Below are positions 39,575-55,110 of a stretch of DNA of 64,000 nt, piece after piece; the stretch's first letter is position 1, and the number at the start of each line of letters is the position of its first letter. Both the position numbers and the translations under genes were made by a program. The stretch spans positions 6,572,001 to 6,636,000 of the forward strand of contig OZ024746.1 of assembly GCA_964016885.1 (NCBI GenBank), in the 5' to 3' direction. The notes beneath the pieces were generated by a model. The model was not told the DNA's origin and searched no databases. It saw nothing but the letters and a program-made list of their open reading frames with translations. Source of the stretch: Eledone cirrhosa (taxonomy: Eukaryota).

Positions 39575-40220
39575 AATTGGCAGTATCGGTAGAGGGTTGG
39601 ACGCCATGCTTTCTAGCATAGTTACGTCCCTTTACGGTCTGAGTTCAAATCCCGTCGAGGTTAACTTTGCCTTACATCCTTACGGGGTCGATAAAATAAA
39701 GTACCAGTAATGTACTGGGTAACTGCTGCCCTTGTGCCAAAAGTAGAAACAATTATTATAGCGGTTGATTGGCAGTGTCGGTAGAGCGTCAGACAACATG
39801 CTTTGCAACCATTTCCAACTGATCCGACAGGACTTTCAAGCGAGACCAGCCAAGCTCATGGATGTTATCCAACCATCATGCTCAGAGTCTACCCCTGGGT
39901 CACTTGCCAGTTGGTTTAGCCCGTAAAATCTGTCCAGCAATTCTTTCCTCAGACATTCTAACCACATGCCCATAGTATCAGAGCTGTGATCTGTCAATTC
40001 AGAGAAGTAGTAGCTCTACCTGGAGTGACTCTCTGATCTCGCAGCTGCGCACTTTATTGAGTAACATTACTCCAGAGACCCTTCGCAGGAACCTATTTCA
40101 ACCGCTTGTATTCGCGATCGTATTCTTTCGGTCATTACACAAGATTCATGACCATGGCTATGGGTTGACATGAATACCGAACTGAAGATAGCGATTTTGT
40201 CTTTTAAACCTACCTCTCTT
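39575..40220. mobile_element. SINE family A copies (+) abutting an RTE 3' fragment (-)
   Basis: SINE at 39575-39810. The minus-strand RTE peptide reads HGHESCVMTERIRSRIQAVEI. Confidence 0.75.
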
Positions 40221-40535
40221 CTTTTACACCTACCTCCCTTCTTCTGATTACCGAATGCTGAAGCAATAAAAAAAATTACTAAAAGAATTCGACACATAAT
40301 TAAAATATTTATGTATTACTTGGGGCTAAGATATCTAAAGAGAAGATATAAAATGATAAAAACCACTGATAAACCACATGCGACTAAAGAAAATGTATTC
40401 AATTCCTTAGAGTCCTCTTGAAAAACAGGTTTTCTCTTTGTCTGTGATATTCACATCTTCATTTCAAAAAGGCAGTTTACCTATCTATCTAACTGTCTAT
40501 CTATCTTTCTGTCTGTCTATTTATCCACCCACCCA

Positions 40536-40566
<31 letters not shown>

Positions 40567-40738
40567 ACGAAGGAAGTGTGGTAAGGAACCAGGTGGACCA
40601 GAGTACTCGATACTTTGGGTAATAGGAAAATAGTCAGAACCCCGACGGCAGAGCTCAAGCCGTTTCAACAGCTATTTCAGTCCAGAAATAGCTGTCGAAA
40701 CGGCTTGATCTCTGCCGTCGGGGTTCTGACTCTTTTCC

Positions 40739-40740
<2 letters not shown>
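40567..40740 (-). mobile_element. Half-hammerhead palindromic micro-element, diverged subfamily
   Basis: The palindrome at 40623-40740 carries substitutions mirrored in both arms. Confidence 0.82.
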
Positions 40741-40771
<31 letters not shown>

Positions 40772-40776
<5 letters not shown>

Positions 40777-41078
40777 TATTTCTTTATTAGCCACAGGGGC
40801 ACAAAAGAAGGGGACAAATACAAAGGGGGAAGTTTACATACAATAAAAACGTGTAAAATGTTATCACAGATGGAATTTAAAAGTTAGTCGATTTTCCCCA
40901 ATAGAGGGAGACAGTTTATATGGGTAACACAGACCCCCGAAAAAAATGTGCAACCCTCATCTCCAGGAGTACGAAGAGCTTGTACTCCTTTCCTCTCCTC
41001 CTCCTTTTCCTCAACCTACAGGCTGATATAGAGAGAAGGCCCATTCACTCGGGCCATTCTCGCCACTTTCACCCACCT
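40772..41078 (-). mobile_element. Tx1-type LINE 3' fragment (sister family) ending in (TATC)n
   Basis: Nearly identical to 63457-63762 and homologous to the ORF2 end and 3' UTR of the full-length element. Confidence 0.88.
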
Positions 41079-41699
41079 GTGTGTGTGTGCATGGCTGCAT
41101 GTATGTGTGTGTGTGTGTGTGCACATTATGGGAGTTGGTGATGTCTGTGTGTAGCACATATATGTCTAGAAATGTATTTCCTTTGTAGAAGTTATAACGA
41201 ATTCATTAATGATGAGGATATTTTTACTGTTTGATATTGATAACAAACAGACACTTAAAATAATTATGCCTAGGCCTAACATCTTATATTCACTGATATA
41301 TCTAATCTTTGCATTTCTGCTTTAATTGAATGCATATTGAATGCGGTGGACAATTCTAGAACTGTATCTCTAATCAATTTCTAAATATCTGATCATCTGA
41401 TTTTCATAGTAATTTCCATTGCTGCCTAATATAATATCGATGGATACATATGGAATGAATACAGAATATTGAACATAGAACACATTTTATTCTGAACAAC
41501 GAATGTAACAGTAAGAAGCTTTTTGCAGAATGTAATGAGTTGTTCGAGGTTGAATATCTATAGTTTATATTAAATACGGCTTCATGTTTTGAAGAAGATA
41601 TCGTTTTAAGCAATTATATTGTAGGAGAGTAATTGTAGGAGAGTAATTTAAGATCCACTCAACACAAAAAATGTTATTCATTCTCTGTGTATTTCATGT

Positions 41700-41700
<1 letters not shown>

Positions 41701-41730
<30 letters not shown>

Positions 41731-41808
41731 AAGAAGAAGAAGAAGAAGAAGAAGAAGAAGAAGAAGAAGAAGAAGAAGAAGAAGAAGAAGAAGAAGAAGA
41801 AGAAGAAG
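41701..41808. repeat. (AAG)n microsatellite, about 36 units
   Basis: Read directly from the sequence. Confidence 0.97.
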
Positions 41809-42319
41809 ACAATTTGTACAAGGTTTAATATCAAGAAAATACTACGGAATATAAATAAGTAAACAACTTGAATCAATTTCAATGTCTTCTACATTTGTAT
41901 ACAGGTGTATATTCCAAAGATATTAAAGTAGCCAGTGTTAGTGACTATTTTTCACACAGAGCATGCAGACATATTATTGTACATAATTGATATCTACTAA
42001 TGCTCTGTGTAAAATATAAGTGAAATCTTGTGAAAAGACCTACCAGAAATAACAGATCTCCAACAGTTTCAGATATGAAGAGTTACTATGGAAAATATTT
42101 TAATTAAAATCTTACAAGAAAGCAACTGTGAAACTGGCCATATGATCCACATGATTTATGTCTAAATTAAATACGGAAAAAGTTGGTTTAGCTGTGGTAC
42201 TTTCTGAAGACTTAAACAATTGCAGAACTGAAATGTTTAATAATCTACAATAGTTTGTAATTTCCTAGTATGTACAGATTCTTTCAGAAAAGAAAAAAAG
42301 AAATAAATAAATAAATAAA

Positions 42320-42440
<121 letters not shown>

Positions 42441-42525
42441 TATTAATAATAAATATGAAAACTAAAATCCAAAGAGGGCTCGATAAGGATAAATATATAT
42501 CAAATAGATAAGAACCCTAGAGCAA

Positions 42526-42646
42526 ATATTTATTAAAATAACAGATTAAAGTCTAAGCAAAGAATCGCTGCTTTCACAGAAGATCCCGTTAAGGGTGAAA
42601 GCACCGATTATTTGCTTAAACTTTTATCTGTTATTTTAATAAATAT
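42526..42646. repeat. Fold-back palindrome of a short element also seen as single arms at about 24925-24988 and 34000-34060
   Basis: ttaaaataacagattaaag..taagcaaagaatcgctgctttcac...gtgaaagcaccgattatttgcttaaacttttatctgttattttaa. Confidence 0.8.
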
Positions 42647-42660
42647 ATATATATATATTG

Positions 42661-42704
<44 letters not shown>

Positions 42705-42923
42705 GAGAGATTTATATATATATATATATATATATAAAATACAATATGTTGAAAAGGTAACACACCAGAGAGAGATATATAGTGCATTATCAATAATACA
42801 GGGAAAAAACCACCAGTGTATGGAATCTATAACCTATGAAAGGCAGACTATAGACACGACAATTAAAAATATAAATTAAAGCGTCAATAAATACCTCTAT
42901 AACTATATAACACACGTACAAAT

Positions 42924-42987
42924 CCAAAGATATGTTTCACCAAAAATTTGTTGAAAGAAATGGTCTCGTCTCGGTTCATCAGCGTGG
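42924..42987 (-). ncRNA. Hammerhead motif with intact core and weak stem I, in a 280-bp insert between (TA)n tracts
   Basis: Minus strand CCAcg-CUGAUGA-ACCGAGA-loop-UUUUGGU-GAA-ACAUAU-C-uuUGG. Confidence 0.55.
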
Positions 42988-43009
42988 GCCTATGCCTCCG
43001 TTAATTTAT

Positions 43010-43068
<59 letters not shown>

Positions 43069-43076
43069 ATATATAT

Positions 43077-43126
<50 letters not shown>

Positions 43127-44872
43127 ATATATATTATATATATATATATTGTACATATATATATATAGGTGGTGTGTGGGGGAACAATATCCATCTTTTA
43201 TTATCTAGTGGTTATAGAAATTATATTTTTCGTGGGTGGGATGAGAAATGAATAAGTAAAAAAAGTACATTCTAAATCCATTCATGAAAAGATCGAGATA
43301 TTTAGACTTTAATGAATACTGGTTTTAATATAACAACTTCCTGAACTATGGTATTAGATGTTTTTTATGTATGTATGGTCCCGTAACTCTTGAGGGGGTC
43401 GGAGGAGTACCATGTCGACATACGGCGTTTCTATGGCATATTTAAACCTGGCGGAGCTCATCTCTTCTCCTGGTCTGAATTCAGCAGATTTCTTCCAGAG
43501 AAGGATAGAAATTGAGAGAGAAAGTAAGAAAGAAATATAGAGGAAGAATTGACCTCAGTACTTGACTGGTACATTTTTTATTGACTTTAAAATGGAGGAA
43601 ATCAAAGTTGACCTCAGCAAGATTTGAACTCAGAAAGCAGAGATTCGGAACAAATACTGCAAACCATGTTATCTGACGTTCTAAAGACTCTGTCAATTCG
43701 CTGCCTGTTTTTATATTTGTATTTATTTAGAATGCATTTTCCCCACAACTCAAAATTCTCACTCTGACACAATCAACAACTACAACTTATTCTAACTCTA
43801 AACTCATTTGTTGTTTCTCTTATTACTATTCCAGTTATGAACATTTCTTTCCCTGTCTTTCATCCTGCATTGAAAATATCCTTATTAAAACCTGGTTCGT
43901 CGTTAATGGAGACATCGATACAATTCCTCTCGGTTCGTTTACACCTACTTACAACCGACATTGCTAGTGTAGAAACCTAACAAGGTTGATACGATGCATC
44001 TTAACAGACAAAGAAACGCGACTACAATACTTGAATGAAATCCCACACTTTTCCTAACTGTAAGAGATCCATACATCATCCTAATTGATATAATGACTAT
44101 CATGATTTATTCTATTGCATTACAAACACGTTAATCTTCCAAACTGTAGCCTGGTCCCTTGCAAAATGATTTATACCAACTTTACAGATTTTTACCATTC
44201 TCTATTCGTATGAACAAGGATGTCAACGTTAGTATTATATCTGTCAATAAAGCTATAACATTTATAGTCAACATTCCCAACAACTATACCCAGTCCAAAA
44301 CACTTAGTGTATCCTCTCAATCTATAGTGTGTATAACGTTTTTCCTGTCGTGTACACTTCAAACAAGGCTTCTTCGAAGAATCTGCAACCTTTTCTGACT
44401 ATGTTTGTACAACAGACATTCATGGGAAACGTTCATAATATATCTCAACTATATTGAGCTCACAAGTCTTGAAGACTTCTAAAGAACATAAACACTGACG
44501 TATTCTAGGATTATTATTTTTAAATCATGGGTAATTTTGTTTTCAAAAGGATGAATAAATGTGTGAAAGAAAGATAAAAACAAAATTAAGTAATAGAAAC
44601 TAGGAAAGGGGTAAGGGAGGGCAGATCTGGATGTAAAGGATTAAATTATCTGCAAATGTATATTTTAAGATTAACGAGCATTCCTGTTGCTCTAAACTTT
44701 CAACTAAATATATTTTGAATTAATTGGTATTAAAATTCTAACTCATTCATCACTAGAGTAATATGTTAACAGAAAGCTATTGATGAAATGTTTCATAATT
44801 AAATAAAAGATTGTTTCCACAATTATACAATTAATTATAAATACAATGGTGGCAAAATATTGTTTCACTTAC

Positions 44873-45057
44873 CAGAAAATAATAAAACGTAATCTTTTTG
44901 ATCTCTTCCTATTCTACCGCGCCTTGCTATACAGCGGTATGTACCTTCATTTTCAAACCGAGAATCTTCTATCATCAGAACTCTATTCAAATCAAAAAAC
45001 TTTACATTGTTTCCCATTGGACCATCTAACTTCTGCCACGCATATACCATTGGTACA
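44873..45057 (-). CDS. cntn: Contactin-like exon 3: C-half of Ig3
   Basis: tttttag|T...G|gtaagt, phase 2/1. Reads (S)VPMVYAWQKLDGPM...LNRVLMIEDSRFENEGTYRCIARR...YVLLFS. Confidence 0.94.
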
Positions 45058-46447
45058 CTAAAAAGAAACAGCAAGAATATCTTAAATAGATGTATATTTT
45101 CTTTTTCTTTCCGTTTAATATTTAAGCACAAGTACAACAATTCATGAAGGAAGAGTATCAGTACGTATTTGGTACATATTGTATCATCTGTAGAACAAAA
45201 GGCAACTGTAATTTCGTTAACCCAAACTCTGAACATATAGAGAGAAAAAACTAATTATAATACGTTATTTAGTATGGTGTATTATCTTTTCAACTCATCC
45301 ATTTCCTTATCACAAAGCTAGAGATTTCATAATATTACTTAATGAGTACAATGTAGATGAAATCAATATTGCATATATGGATGGTTCTAATTTTTGTTAG
45401 AGTAATTGAAATAATGTTTCACTTATTTAACATAATTTGGTACGAGTCATTTTTTAAAATATATCACCATACGCCATCTTAGTAAGGGATAATGTTGTTT
45501 TGTTTTGTTTTTTAGAGATCCTATATTTAAAATATGTCTTGCCTTTTTAATTGGAAGTTTTATACTAATTGTTTTAATTTTATACTAAGAAACTTATATA
45601 TTCCCCCTCCTCCTCCCCCTCTACATCATCATTATCATCAAATCTAAATACTATCCTACCATGGTGCTGCCTCTCTATCGATGTTTCCTTTCATTCTCTG
45701 GGTCCCAATATTTCTAAAACAATTCAAACACGCCACAAATACATGGCTACACAGTCTCTCTGGATCACTCGTTAGAAACTAATCAGTCTTCAATTTCAAA
45801 CATATTTCAGTCTTGAAACGTTTCTGACTTTTTATTTATGGTCAAACTGTGTAGTGATGTATACCTAAGACGCCACCGTCCAAAGGATAGACAAATATTC
45901 ACTTCCAAACACACAAACTTGAGATGTTATTGTAATTTTCTCTCTTTAACTCCGCTTCAACAACATCCCCAACAACGATGTGTACTATACCCAGTCCAAA
46001 GACTCTTGATTTATCCTCACACACCCTCCTTCTCAATCTTTATTCTGTATAACTTTTCTACTGTTGTATACACTTCAAACGTAGAATCTGCTGATCCCCA
46101 AACGAGACCAGCCAAGCCCATGGATGTTATCCCACCATCTTTCTAGAGGTCTGTCCCTGGGTCTCCTGTCGGTTGGTTTTTGCCCGTAAAATCTGTCCAA
46201 CAATTCTTTCCTGAGACATTCTAACCACATGCCATAGTATCGGAGCTTTTATCTCTCAATTCGGAAAAGCAGCGGCTCTACCCGAGCTGCGCACTCTATC
46301 AAATACATGTGACCGAAATGGGATTCATCCCCAAGGGTCTTTAGAGTGATCTAATATTCTGTTTAGGTAATAGATACAATACAATACAATAAACGTTCAA
46401 TTCTTGTAAAAAGGATAAGTACTTGGTTGAAAGAAGGTAACACATAC

Positions 46448-46568
46448 GAATTTGTTTGAGATCCAACTGCGAAGCATTCAAGCCGAACATTATGACCAAG
46501 CATTGGAGGAGTTGGGGAAACAAATATGAAGTCATTGTGAATCTCTGGTCCCCAGTTCGATTTTGGAG
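46448..46568 (-). CDS. cntn: Contactin-like exon 2: N-half of Ig3
   Basis: tttacag|CT...TC|gtatgt, phase 1/2. Reads (P)PKSNWGPEIHNDFIFVSPTPPMLGHNVRLECFAVGSQTN(S). Phases match both neighbouring exons. This frame is absent from the ORF track. Confidence 0.92.
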
Positions 46569-47046
46569 CTGTAAATGATAAAACATTCGCTTAAATGTTA
46601 ATTCCAAATATGGCAATAATTTATTTGGCGGGTAGACGTTCTCTTAAAGAATTTTACGTTATTCAGTAATAATTAATACGATATTAAAATTTCAATAATC
46701 TATTCGTGCCAAGCCTTACCTATGGTCATGAATCTTGGGTAATGACCGAAAGAATATGATCGCGAATACAAGCGGCCGAAATAGAGTTTCTCTGAAGGGT
46801 CGATAGAGTGCCTAGCTCGGAGATCAGAGAGTCAATAGAGAGCCCCTCTATTAGGGGTTACCATGCAAGGCTATGTCACCTCATCTATAGAGATTAAAAG
46901 TGTTTCAACAATTACGTCAACGTTTAGATCGATTTCATTTCTGATAACTATCAGGTAACTAATCTTGTGTATTTACACAGTCCCAGAATCGATTTGAATG
47001 AGAAACCGTTATTTCTATGGCGTATATATATTTATATATATATATA

Positions 47047-49251
<2,205 letters not shown>

Positions 49252-49254
<3 letters not shown>

Positions 49255-49445
49255 GGAACAAGTAAGACCCCGACGGCTGAGCTCAAGCCGTTTCGACGGC
49301 TAATTCTGTCCAGAATTAGCCGTCGAAACGGCTTGAGCTCAGCCGTCGGGGTCTTACTTGTTCCTATTACCCACTCTACTACCCTAAGTATTGAGTACTT
49401 TGGTGCGTTATGGCCCACCTGGTTCCTTACCACATTTCCTTCGTT
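49252..49445 (+). mobile_element. Half-hammerhead palindromic micro-element, complete copy within (TA)n
   Basis: Perfect 57-bp arms (49252-49308 and 49311-49367), 2-nt spacer, and a unique tail. Confidence 0.88.
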
Positions 49446-49533
49446 ATATATATACATATATATATACGTATATATATATACGTATATATATATACGTATA
49501 TATATATACGTATATATATATATATATATATAC

Positions 49534-49617
<84 letters not shown>

Positions 49618-49667
49618 GCCATAGAACGGTTTCTCATTCTAATCGAATCGATTCTGGGACTGTGTTA

Positions 49668-49770
<103 letters not shown>

Positions 49771-50569
49771 TATATATATATATGCATATATGCATATATG
49801 CATATATATATATATGCATATATGTATATATGCATATATATATATGCATATATATATATATGCATATATATATATATGCATATATATACGTATATATGCA
49901 TGCGTCAAACTTACATCATATATGCAACAGTGTCGTAATTGGTCAGAGTTTTATTAAACTTAGTTTAGAAATAAATTCTCCTAGTCGAAATCTCCTAGCA
50001 CTCATATTGAATGGTAGTGTAGCTCTAAATATTGAAAAGTTCAACTCTAGAAATGAAATATTCCGTGTTATTCGTGATAGTTCATCTCAGGCATTTAGAC
50101 ATTTAAAGTTACTACGTTTGTTTTCTAATTATACTTAAAGATATAATTGATTCGGAACAGGATTTTAGTTATAATATATTGAACGTTCTATCCACAAGCT
50201 CTGTGATTTATATGTAGCAATCGAAATTAAAGTTATAAGATTTCAAGAAAAGGTCCAACGTAATTATTGATAATTGCTTAGCTCGTTAATCTTCTAAGAA
50301 GCAGTTCTTTAAAATGGAAATAAATTGTATTCACTTAAAGACGTTTGTCTGTATAAATTCTTTTTGTTTTTGTTTTCTTTTTCTAGAAAGCAAAACTTAG
50401 TACACAAGCTATTAAATAAACATTTTATTTTAACCAAATCAAGCTAATTAAAAAAACATATCAATTACACACACAAACAATTTCTATAATTCTTTTACGA
50501 CGAAATGTCAGAAAATTTGAAGATGAAACCAACCAAATTAGAGTGTGCAACTATACTCTGGGTCTAAGC

Positions 50570-51045
50570 TAAGGCCCCCGTTGGTCACGAATGACCATGG
50601 TTTTGTACCTGGAAAGTTCCCCTCCGAGGCACAAGCCTGGGCAAGGTGTGTTTTGTGGGAGACCAGCAGTCACTCATGCATACCAGTTTCCACTCTCCAC
50701 GCCACACATGTTGTGCAAGGGAAAGGTAATGTCTGATACAGCTTGGTAGCAGTGATGTCACAACATATTTCTATAGCTGAGTAAACTGGGGCAATGTGAA
50801 ATAAAGTTTTGAAAGAATTTATACAGACAAACGTCTTTAAATGAATCAAATTTATTTCCATTTTAAAGAACTGCTTCTTAGAAGATTAATGAGCGAAGCA
50901 ATTATCAATAATTACGTTGGACCTTTTCTTGAAATCTTATAACTTTAATTTCGATTGCTACGCAATGCACCACCCGGTCAGGGATTCGAACTCACAACCT
51001 TACGATTGTGAGCTCAACGCTCTAACCACTGTTCATGCTCCTTCA
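50570..51045 (-). mobile_element. SINE family B interrupted by a 150-bp inverted copy of nearby DNA
   Basis: SINE body at 50570-50810 and head at 50962-51045. 50812-50961 is the reverse complement of 50214-50363. Confidence 0.85.
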
Positions 51046-54000
51046 CTCTGGATACGAACATGTTATTAACAGTTGTGACAATACGCAATTTTCCCTAACA
51101 TAAATTTAGTTATTATTTTCTTTGTCCATTTCTATATTTTTATCTGTGAAGTCACATTGTTTTCATTATAGAAGAATATCATAAATAATGTATGTGTATA
51201 AAACAGTATGATATGTCGTGTTTTGTGTATGATATAAAAGAAATTCCTTAAACCATGTAGAACCATAAATTGGTTATTCGATGTATGATGTCAAATTTCC
51301 TTTCGAAAGTCAGAGATTGTAGTGAATACATTTAAGGCCTAACAGTTTTATAACCAAGCCGACTGATATCACACCACGTTCTATATTACCAAGCTAAGAG
51401 TATTCATATGTTCATATTTAAACCAAAATATCGACATAGATCATGTTACTTCGTTAATGATGACAAGTGATTATTCACTAGGCACACACTTATTCAGTGT
51501 CCGACATTGTTACGGTATGAATACTCCGTTCCAGAAATGAATGGTTTTTTTTACTATTTCTCTCCGCGCGTTTCTCTTCTTTTTTTATCGTATAACGTTC
51601 TGTCTTGTATAAAAGTTATTTCGTTTTCAGATTCAGTAGAAGCGACTCTGACTTTGGATATAAAAACAGCTGCAGTAAATAAAAAAAATACAAGTATAAG
51701 ACGTAGTAGTTTTTGATGTGCCAGCTTCCATTAGTGAAATGAATTCGGTCTACAGTAGTGGAAATATTAATCATTCCACAAAGAAAATGTTGTGAAATCT
51801 TTTTAAATATTTCTCTTCCGAATTCCTTTTGAGAAACAATGACAAATGGCTTTCGTATATTTATTCCACCATAAGTGTTTCATATAACTGAGATTAATAA
51901 CTACTCTCCCAAATAATAGGAGGGGTGGAAAAAATCTGAAAAATTAATAAGTGGATAGGTTTGGTGACGATTATTCGAGACCCGAGACTACACATAATAT
52001 AAGTTAAATATCATTCTTTCATCTGATATATCTCTAAATTATATTTTGTACAATAATAAATTACGTTTAACTTTAAAAAAGAAAAAAAAAAAAAAAGTAA
52101 ATGAAAAGGAGTAGAATCCATTAGTTTCTGCCGACATTGTTTTAAATAATTATCATTAAGATAATATTTTATGGACCATTTTATCAAATTTAGTTAATTC
52201 TGAATTATCTGTAATTCTAAGTTACCTTTTAGATGAGTAGCAAATTCGACTTCACTGTATTGAGGAATCGGTATATTTTATAGTTCGATAATTTTGGTAA
52301 TTTATTTTTATTGTGTACTCTATTACCTTTCTTTTTTTTAAAAACATTTCTCTTTTTATTACAATTATAACAACACAGGAACGTCTGTGTAAGACATACT
52401 TATTAGTACTCAAGAATTTATATAAAGATCCAATATTGATCGTGAAATCTTTACAAGAAGGTAAGAAGATGTTGACACCAATTTAGAGGAACATTATAAG
52501 TAGTGTACTAGCAGGACTTGTATTCAATTGGAGGGCTATTGATTTCAAGTAGAACTCAAACTGAGTCAAGGATAAGGCCTTCTGTTTTGAGCTTCCTTTT
52601 GGCCTGAGATATTTCGCTACTAAACAAATCTATAAATGGTCCAATAATGGAGTCTCAATGTGGTCAATCGGTCTGCTAGAAACATCAGCTAAAATTCCAT
52701 CAATTGCTATCCTGCTAACTCGGGAAAATATCTTTGATAAACAAAAGAAACAACAAAAACGAGAGTGGAATGGATGGGAACACATTTGATGATAGGTGTG
52801 CAACAACAACGAAAACAACATACAATGCTTCATATTCACGACCAAAATATCTGTCTTGGCATTTTCTTTCTGTTCATATCTCTAAGATTATCTTATTGAA
52901 ATACATTCCGCATCTGACTATTAATCTAAAATAAACTATTCACGTATGTTTGATACATGCAATTATTATGCATATTTGGCCATAATATGCGAAGGACATG
53001 TTTAATATCTTTCTTAGAAATGTTACTTTTGTAAATGATATAAAAATATTAATTTTCTTTGTTCTGATACAAAGCTTTTTAATCATGAATGTGTCAAAAA
53101 TATTTCTTAGAAGATTAATATGTCTGGTTATCTTTAAACGATCGTTAGTGGAAAATGTCTGTCAGCTGTAAGTTGATGTTCAGTCTAAGTTGGATATATA
53201 CATGATGAAAGACTTAGATAATGGCTTGTATCTTCTTTCTCAGTTTACAGCAAGACTGTTTTTGATAAGGCCAAACATGACATTGAGAGATTGTGTATAT
53301 GTTATATGTTTTAATGAAAATTTAAATGTACAAGGATAAAACTAAATGTGTTTTACTTGACTAACACAAATATTTAGAGATTTGCACAGCGTATGTTCAA
53401 AATATGTCAAACAGTTACAACGAACAATCAAAGCTATATTGTGGATTTGTGTCATTAGTGTCGTTTGTCACTGCACTCTGCATATAAAGATATAATACAG
53501 GTTTAATTAGTCGGATGTTCTTAGTTCTGAGTCGATCATTTATTGTCAACCGAACCTGTGCTAACTTGATTCGTGTCAGACACATTTATGAGGCAGTAGC
53601 AGCTACCAACCGACATGAATGGACGCAAAGAGGTGTCTTTCAGTGCTTCTGCTCTGATGCTGCATTATTCACGCTTAAGACGACACAAATATAAACCAAT
53701 TCCGGTAAAATCCGCTGCCATTTTCATAATTGTCAATGCTTTGGTGGTCTTCCCCCACAACCGTCACGATATATCCCCTCTCCGTTAAAGAAGACCAACG
53801 ATAGGTAAACATAACTACTCGATGTAACCTCTATGTGGTCGATTCACCTAATAGAAATATCATCCAAACCTTCGAAAGGACAGAAAATATAGTCCCAGAA
53901 AACATGAGTTTGTTAGAGCTGGGAAAGACTTATATTTTTATTTTTGTCGGTTAGAACTGATTTGAGGCTGAACGACGACAGGATGCAGTAAAATGACCAA

Positions 54001-54817
54001 CGACACTACCGCTCAACTACAGAAATACCGAAACCAGAAAGCAGAGACATCGATTCTGGCACAACCACTACAATCTCAAACCGATCGACTCTGAGTCGAT
54101 CCTTATTCCAAAGATACAGATACATTTTTACCTCACTCCCCTGTACACAGCGATATCAAAGAGATACTGAACATTTTAAGCACCTTCTGCAGACTCGAAC
54201 ACCGCGAATCATTAATGATTCAGATTTTTCTAGGCCGTTGTCAGTGCCTCGAACACATTCTAAGTCAATCCATCTGAACCTCGGTAAGTTTGCTCAAGCT
54301 ATTGTCAGTGAAACTTCTCTTAAATCTTTCACTCTAAGATCTTTTAAAATAGAAGAGGGATATTGGATAATGGAGTCTGAAATAAATTGTTTTCTGAAAA
54401 TACTAGAATGGCTTTGATCATAGGCTTGCAGAAAACAAGAACAAAAGACTGATTTCTTCAGCAATAAGATCAAACTTCGTACGGAAGGAACTTTATTTGA
54501 TTGAGTCGATACAATTATATCACTGGCTTTTATTTTATCATGTTCAGATAAAAAGCAAAGTCACCGAAGCAATATTTAATATCATAACATAAAAATGATA
54601 TCTAAATAATATAAGGCATTTAAACCGATATTCTGCTAGTTCTACCAGCACGCTGCTCTTAGCAAAGAAAAGATATTGATTGGGAAGTTGTTACAAAAGA
54701 CTGTTGAATTATGTGAAAAAAGCTGACTGTATATTTTGAAGAAAAGAAAGGTTCATTTGGTATTATGGTGTGTGATAGCAAATATATTGTCAATTGTGTT
54801 TAAGGTATATTACTTAC

Positions 54818-55051
54818 GTGCAAATGCAACAACCAGCGGTATTGGCAAACTTATCCGACTTGGTGGCTGCGAAATCTCCATTATACTGTTGACATTTGAT
54901 TCTAATTCTACTAAACATCGATACTTCCCTGTATCGGCGGTAGAAACTTCTGAGAAATATAGACGTCCATTTGATGAAATGAATATATATTTCTGCTTGG
55001 TGGGTCGAACAAATTCTTCGGTCGTTCCTTTAACCCATTGATAAGTGATCT
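54818..55051 (-). CDS. cntn: Contactin-like exon 1 of window: C-half of Ig2
   Basis: caaaag|AG...C|gtaagt. Reads ITYQWVKGTTEEFVRPTKQKYIFISSNGRLYFSEVSTADTGKYRCLV...SLPIPLVVAFA, with the contactin Ig2 motif FIS.NG.LYFSEV...D.G.Y.C. The acceptor could be 2 nt further in (tandem AGAG). Confidence 0.9.
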
Positions 55052-55110
55052 CTTTTGTGGTTGTTAAAGAAAAAAGGTTTGTATGACATTAAAATTAATT
55101 AAATATCTGC

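Noticed and set aside
43800-44460. Possible old LINE remnant with partial similarity to 45780-46090
   Set aside because: Too degraded to assign by eye.
46341-46616. 91-aa ORF as listed in the track
   Set aside because: It is the wrong frame. The real exon (46448-46568) is read in a different frame.
54736-55041. Plus-strand 101-aa ORF (similarly 44846-45061 and 26103-26465)
   Set aside because: These are antisense shadows of contactin exons.
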